Assembly (NCBI RefSeq): GCF_036365525.1
Contig: NC_090400.1
Span: 42,029,365-42,093,364, forward strand
DNA: 64,000 bases
Direction: 5' to 3'
Origin: Heterodontus francisci
Taxonomy: Eukaryota
Positions 59,201 through 64,000 of the stretch are shown here, in pieces (within the stretch, counting starts at the first letter, position 1; each line of letters starts with the position of its first letter). The position numbers and the translations under genes are program-made. The notes beneath the pieces were generated by a model, which saw nothing but the letters and a program-made list of their open reading frames with translations, ran no database searches and was not told the origin of the DNA.

Positions 59201-60259
59201 CAATTAAAAAATTAACTGTGCTGAAATATAGATCTAGAACAGAAGTCTGTGGCATTTATGTTAAAAGTTTTACAATGCAATTTTGGACCATACATGTGAT
59301 ATTGTATTTCGTTGCAGTCATCATAATACAAAAAATATAATTGAATTTAAAAGGGCACAGAAGCAACAAGCTTAATCTCAAGTGTAAAGTGATGTGCTAT
59401 AAGAAAAGCTTACAGAAACTTAAGTTTTACATTCTAGAGGGTAACATTTGTGACATATGCAAAATATTAAACAGTAGAGATAGACCCTGATTATTGCAAT
59501 GCTGACTTTGTTCTGTTCATTTGCAAATGTATTGCAGCATCTACAAATGCACTCAGCATGTATGTTTATCATTATCCTTTAGCACCATAAAGAGTCCAAA
59601 ATTATTATTTTTGAGAAGGAAAACTTCATTGGTAGACAGTGGGAGATGTGTGATGACTACCCCTCTTTGCAAGCCATGGGCTGGTGCAACAATGAAGTTG
59701 GATCTATGAAGGTTCAAGCTGGCGCGTAAGTTGTGTTTTCATGTTTAAAAAACAGTAAAGTTGGGTTATTGCAGTTTAAGGATGAAAACTTAGCTGGATC
59801 CAGTCAAGTCCTGTACATCTTAAGGGCTTGTTGATCACATCCATTTTACTGTTTCTGCTTCTAAAATAACAGTTTACCTTAGACCTGAAGAAAATAACCT
59901 ATTTGATCAATTCTAACTAGCTCAGAAGTACCCAGAGCAGGGCTATCCAAGCTGTGCCTATGGGCCTTTTGCAGCTCCTGAGCCCTTGTAATCCAGTCCT
60001 GGAAGCCCTGGCACGTGATCCCATTTCCAGTTACATGCCCTGGTTCATATTTGTGAAACTTAACATGGATTCAAAGTTCATTTAGTAAAGTATGCTGTTT
60101 TCCCACTCCAGATGGGTGTGCTACCAATACCCAGGATACCGTGGCTTCCAGTACATCATGGAATGTGATCGTCATGCTGGAGAATACAAGCACTGGAGAG
60201 AGTGGGGATCCCATGCTCAGACCTTCCAGATCCAGTCACTCCGTCGCATTCAGGAGTAA
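56189..60259 (+). CDS. cryba1: Beta-crystallin A1/A3, 194 aa from the betaA1-type ATG; join(56189-56221,56330-56448,58270-58411,59583-59725,60112-60259)
   Basis: GT-AG introns in phase, exon sizes 33/119/142/143/148; [28 protein letters not shown]...[24 protein letters not shown].[18 protein letters not shown]...[31 protein letters not shown]...[10 protein letters not shown] closely matches vertebrate CRYBA1. Confidence 0.96.
56330..56448 (+). CDS. cryba1: cryba1 exon 3 (motif 1)
   Basis: TTGCAG|[40 protein letters not shown]|GTGAGT. Confidence 0.96.
58270..58411 (+). CDS. cryba1: cryba1 exon 4 (motif 2)
   Basis: TTGTAG|[47 protein letters not shown]|GTAAGT. Confidence 0.96.
58585..59128 (-). 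mobile_element. CR1 3' end with internal deletion, in cryba1 intron 4
   Basis: ORF 58538-59203: GILGFINR...[11 protein letters not shown]|[26 protein letters not shown]...[14 protein letters not shown]. Confidence 0.9.
59583..59725 (+). CDS. cryba1: cryba1 exon 5 (motif 3)
   Basis: CCTTTAG|[48 protein letters not shown]|GTAAGT. Confidence 0.96.
60112..60259 (+). CDS. cryba1: cryba1 exon 6 (motif 4)
   Basis: CTCCAG|[51 protein letters not shown]. Confidence 0.96.
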
Positions 60260-60405
60260 ACCAACACATTAACAGAGCATCAGAGGGGGTCTGCAGAAGA
60301 AATCTATTGGTATACTTGATACTGCATTCTGTTGTAGAACAACAACCTGTGCGCTGTGATTGATTTAAGATCTCATCGCAATAACTTGGGGTACTGAAAT
60401 ATTCA

Positions 60406-60411
60406 AATAAA
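60406..60411 (+). terminator. Polyadenylation signal of cryba1
   Basis: First AATAAA, ~147 nt after the stop, followed by GT/T-rich sequence. Confidence 0.7.
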
Positions 60412-62839
60412 AGTCATAAAAATGTTTCCGTTCTCTGTCTCAAGTTGCACATGAGCAATTACTTGTTCTAAAGTTTCAATACTGCTTGACTGAAGAGACT
60501 CATCAGACTCGTTTTCTACTAGGTGATGAAATACCGCAGACAAACAAAGCAGGTAGTTGGATTCTGGAAATGAACCACAGAAAGGCAATCGGCCATGAGG
60601 CTTAAAGCACATTAATCATGATTGGTTCGTGTTCCCAGTATCACAAACATCTTGGTTTTCAAATACACTGACAGTCAGTTTGTATTTGATTTATGCTTTG
60701 CTTTTCAGTAAGAATCCAACAAGGCATATATATCCCGATGCTTCAAAGTAATTCAAGGTGGCAGCTTGAATATTATTATTTTGTTGACTATTTAAATGAA
60801 GTCCATGAGAGACTGCATTTCCCAGATGGAGACTGACTAATAAACTAAATAATCAATATTACTCATTATAAATACACTCTGCACTTAGTGTTCACGTAAT
60901 TAAAATTTGCTCCATCACACACAACTGGTTGAGCGCTCTTTCTTCTCCACATGGTTAAGGAGTCTAAGTGGCCTGGCCAGTTTGAGAGTTTAATCCTGCT
61001 CAGACAGCAGAACTCTTCCGCAAGTGCCAGCTGGAAATTACGAGACGTTGATTGTCCCCAGTGATTGGCTGATAGTGTTTCACCCAGTAACTCCCCAGCA
61101 TGAAGGATGATATCCCCTTTGAAATGGCTCAAGCAATCAAGTGAAAATGTTGAAGACTCTGCAGAATAAAAACAATGTTATCAAATGTTCTTCAAAAATG
61201 CAGAACAATTTCCTGTACTTAGAAATGAGGGCATGACCTTTTAACCACTTTCGCTATTTACTATCATTAAATGTTTTCCTGCCCAAATTACAGGCAATTG
61301 CATTGTTATTTTAATAATTTGCTAAAATACGAAAACTTAAAAACAATGCAATTGAATGTCTTAAATAAATTACAATGCTTACTTTCAGATAATCATGTTG
61401 CGCACTTGAAATCAAGGACGAGATTGTGCAATAAAAATAGAATCTAAACTTCTTGATTAGGAAAAGCATTGTACAAAACAGTTTCACCTTGCTATTTTCT
61501 ATTCTCTAAGCTTCAATTAAGCTTTAATCAGTTAATTGCTATGAATTCTAGGAATGTACCACTTGAAACCCCACTTGAACTTTTTTTGAATATTGTACAT
61601 AAGATTAAGTTATTTTACTCAGCACGCCATTGGGAAGGGATAATAATTACTTTGAGCCAAGGAAAATTCCCCCTGGAGTAGGAGTGTAAAGCCCTTCCTT
61701 TCTTACCATCTATATCCGGCCAGGCCAGAAAAAGCACTCTGTCAGAAAACTGTTCCAGGATTTCAGGACCACTGGTCTAAAGTTATAAAAACAGAAGTCA
61801 CCTTTAGCAGTAAATGCTTTCTTCCCCAACTTATTGTTAGGCTAATTATTTGTAATAACAGAGAACTTTAGTCACCTGACAACTATTTTAAACACCTATA
61901 GATTGCAAACTATGATCAATATTATAAATTGTACTTGGTAATGCAGTACACAATTTGTACAATTGAACTACACATAATATTTGGAAAAAATCCATATCGA
62001 TTCAAAGTTAATATATATTTAATAATCTATTTTCTTACCCAGATGGGCATAATTTATATATTCTACATTGGCCATTTAAATGAATTGAAATGTTAAAGGT
62101 AATCAGTTAACAAAGAAAGGCTGCATTTATATGGCTCTTTTCATGCCCTTGGTACATCTCAAAGGCAATTAATCACAGTTTGAACTGTATTCACTTTTTG
62201 GCAAATGATGTTGACTCCCCTCTCATCACATCTGATAAATGTGAAAGACAGCTCCCTAGCTTGTTAACAATGTTAGTTATGTCATGCTATTCGAGCCCAA
62301 GCTTCAAAATGACTGTGCAAATCATATATTTCTCTCCATCGTAGAATTCAATACCAATAGTATTCTGGTTGGGAAATGGGATGTGACTTGAATTGTGCTG
62401 TATGTAAAAATGTGTGCAGACACTTGCTACAGAATATTTTTTGTGAAAATTCAATGAGACCAGACCAGTGGATTTAGAAGTAATTGAAAACAAACAATAA
62501 ACTTTATTAATATATAATTTTAGGCTACACTAATGTGGTCAGGTTGGGCAGGAATCTTCCTTCCCCCAATTAACCTTTGGATCAAGCTACTAGGAGATTT
62601 TGTGACATTGGCTGAGGTTGCACTCAGCCAAAGATAACAGCTAGCAATCAGCCATGAAGTGTCAGCTTGCTGGAACACAGCAAGACCCAACACTGATTCC
62701 CAGGCACATTGAGTGAGTTTTCTCTAAGAACAGCATTTATTCCATTTTTGGGGGGATGGAGGTTTCACTCCAGCCCTTTCACTAAGAAATGGTTTTATTC
62801 TTTTACTATTAGAATGAGTGGGAAAAATTAATTGCTTCT

Positions 62840-63175
62840 CAACAGATCTGGACATTATGTAAAAGAGTAATGGAATGTTGGCCTTTATTTCTAAGGGGAG
62901 GAATTAATGCACTGAACCTTGAACAGAACTCATCTGGAGCACTGCATTCCATTTTGGGGATTTAAAAGGGTTAAATTATGAAGACAGGCTGTATGAAATT
63001 GGTTTGAGTTTAGACAGTTGAAAGGTGCTCTAATTGCAGTGTTGAAAATGATAAAGGGATTCAATAGGGTCGATCCATTGAAATTACTTCCTTTGATGGT
63101 AAATCCAGAAAAAGCAGGCACTATATTAAAATTAGAGCTGGGTCATTCAAGAGTGAAATCAGAAAGCACTAAGGT
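62840..63175 (+). mobile_element. Old CR1 RT C-terminal fragment
   Basis: NGMLAFIS, HLEHCIPFW, LIAVLKMIKGFNRVD remnants. Confidence 0.6.
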
Positions 63176-63179
63176 AAAG

Positions 63180-64000
63180 GGGGTCCAATTGGCTAGCTCC
63201 CAGAAACGAGTATGGGGATTGCGATGCACAATTAACCCACATCCACTGATTGCAAGGCAGGCAGCATGCCAACTTTAAGCTGTTGACTCATTTCCATGAT
63301 CCAGCACTAACCATACAGTTCATTGGCTGCAAGCATTTGCAAAGGGTCAATATAGTGAAAGCATAGCACCACTTAAAGCTGGCCTGCATTGTTTAAAACT
63401 TGTCTGTACCCCTTAAAGGGGAGGTACATTGTGGTTGGATCATGGTTGAAGCGAATCTGACCGAGGAAAGAGTAAGGAATGCCACACAGGGGAGAGAATG
63501 GGCTCCAAGGTTTTTGGATGCTGCACTGAAGGCCTTGGTGGAGCAGGTGGAAAGGGAGTGGGACGCCCTGAATCCGCAGGAGGGACGGAGACCCTCCAGA
63601 CGCATAGTCAAATGGAGCAGATAGCCAGCTATTCAACCATGCCAACCACATCAGACAAGGTTGCATGACACTCTCTGACATACCTCCCTCTGTCTTGCAG
63701 GACAAGGTAGTGCACAACTGGGGGCAGCAGGAGTTAACCGGAAGGGGACTGGCATGGTGATGGCGTTAGCCATTATTGGGACACCCATTGCTGAGGCGAC
63801 GGGCACCAGCAGGAAAACACCAAAGATGATGATACCTCATACCTAATTTACCTTCTCACAATCCATCTCCCCCTCATCCCACATACTCTGCTTATTTACA
63901 AGCTGCAAATGGTATAAGCATGTACTTCTACTTTCCCTCCTCCCTGCTCAAAAAACATAACACTGTGCCTTTCTCCTTTCAGATACCCAAGTGAAGCAAC
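63180..64000 (+). mobile_element. Harbinger-derived element with decayed Myb/SANT gene, runs off window end
   Basis: ORF 63400-63624 QGREWAPRFLDAALKALVEQVEREWDALNPQEGRRPSR; acceptor-like TCTTGCAG at 63700; homologous to minus remnants at ~10400 and ~42800. Confidence 0.7.

Noticed and set aside
56189-60259. Assignment as CRYBA4, suggested by the head-to-head arrangement
   Set aside because: MAQTNP start and the [22 protein letters not shown] and WGSHAQT motifs match CRYBA1, not CRYBA4
60866-61132. 88-aa minus ORF downstream of cryba1
   Set aside because: No recognisable domain or convincing splice signals

Overview
Vertebrate genomic DNA, almost certainly from a cartilaginous fish (shark-type HE1 V-SINEs, a Deu-domain SINE, abundant CR1 and L2 LINEs). 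I can support three intact protein-coding genes. (1) A single-coding-exon connexin of the Cx39.2/delta-like group (18588-19667, minus). (2) A five-coding-exon beta-crystallin B1-like gene (36993-47591, minus, 209 aa). (3) A beta-crystallin A1/A3 gene (56189-60259, plus, 194 aa from the betaA1-type ATG), head-to-head with the betaB1-like gene across an ~8 kb TE-filled spacer. A truncated, intronless NATD1-like retrocopy lies in that spacer. Most of the rest is nested transposon debris: CR1 LINEs, a second CR1/jockey-group LINE family, L2, solo LTRs with 4-5 bp target-site duplications (TSDs), one internally deleted LTR element with PBS and gag start, several fossil PIF/Harbinger elements (transposase and Myb/SANT genes) and GC-rich MITEs sharing a GG(G/C)CTGGATTTT terminal inverted repeat (TIR). 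I see no prokaryote-type system, CRISPR array, rRNA or real tRNA gene. The most interesting signals are the open betaA3-like N-terminal extension of cryba1 that has TTG where the betaA3 AUG is expected, the retained betaB1-like/betaA1 head-to-head pair, the NATD1-like retrocopy, and the multi-level TE nesting. Family and paralog names are from recall, not database searches.
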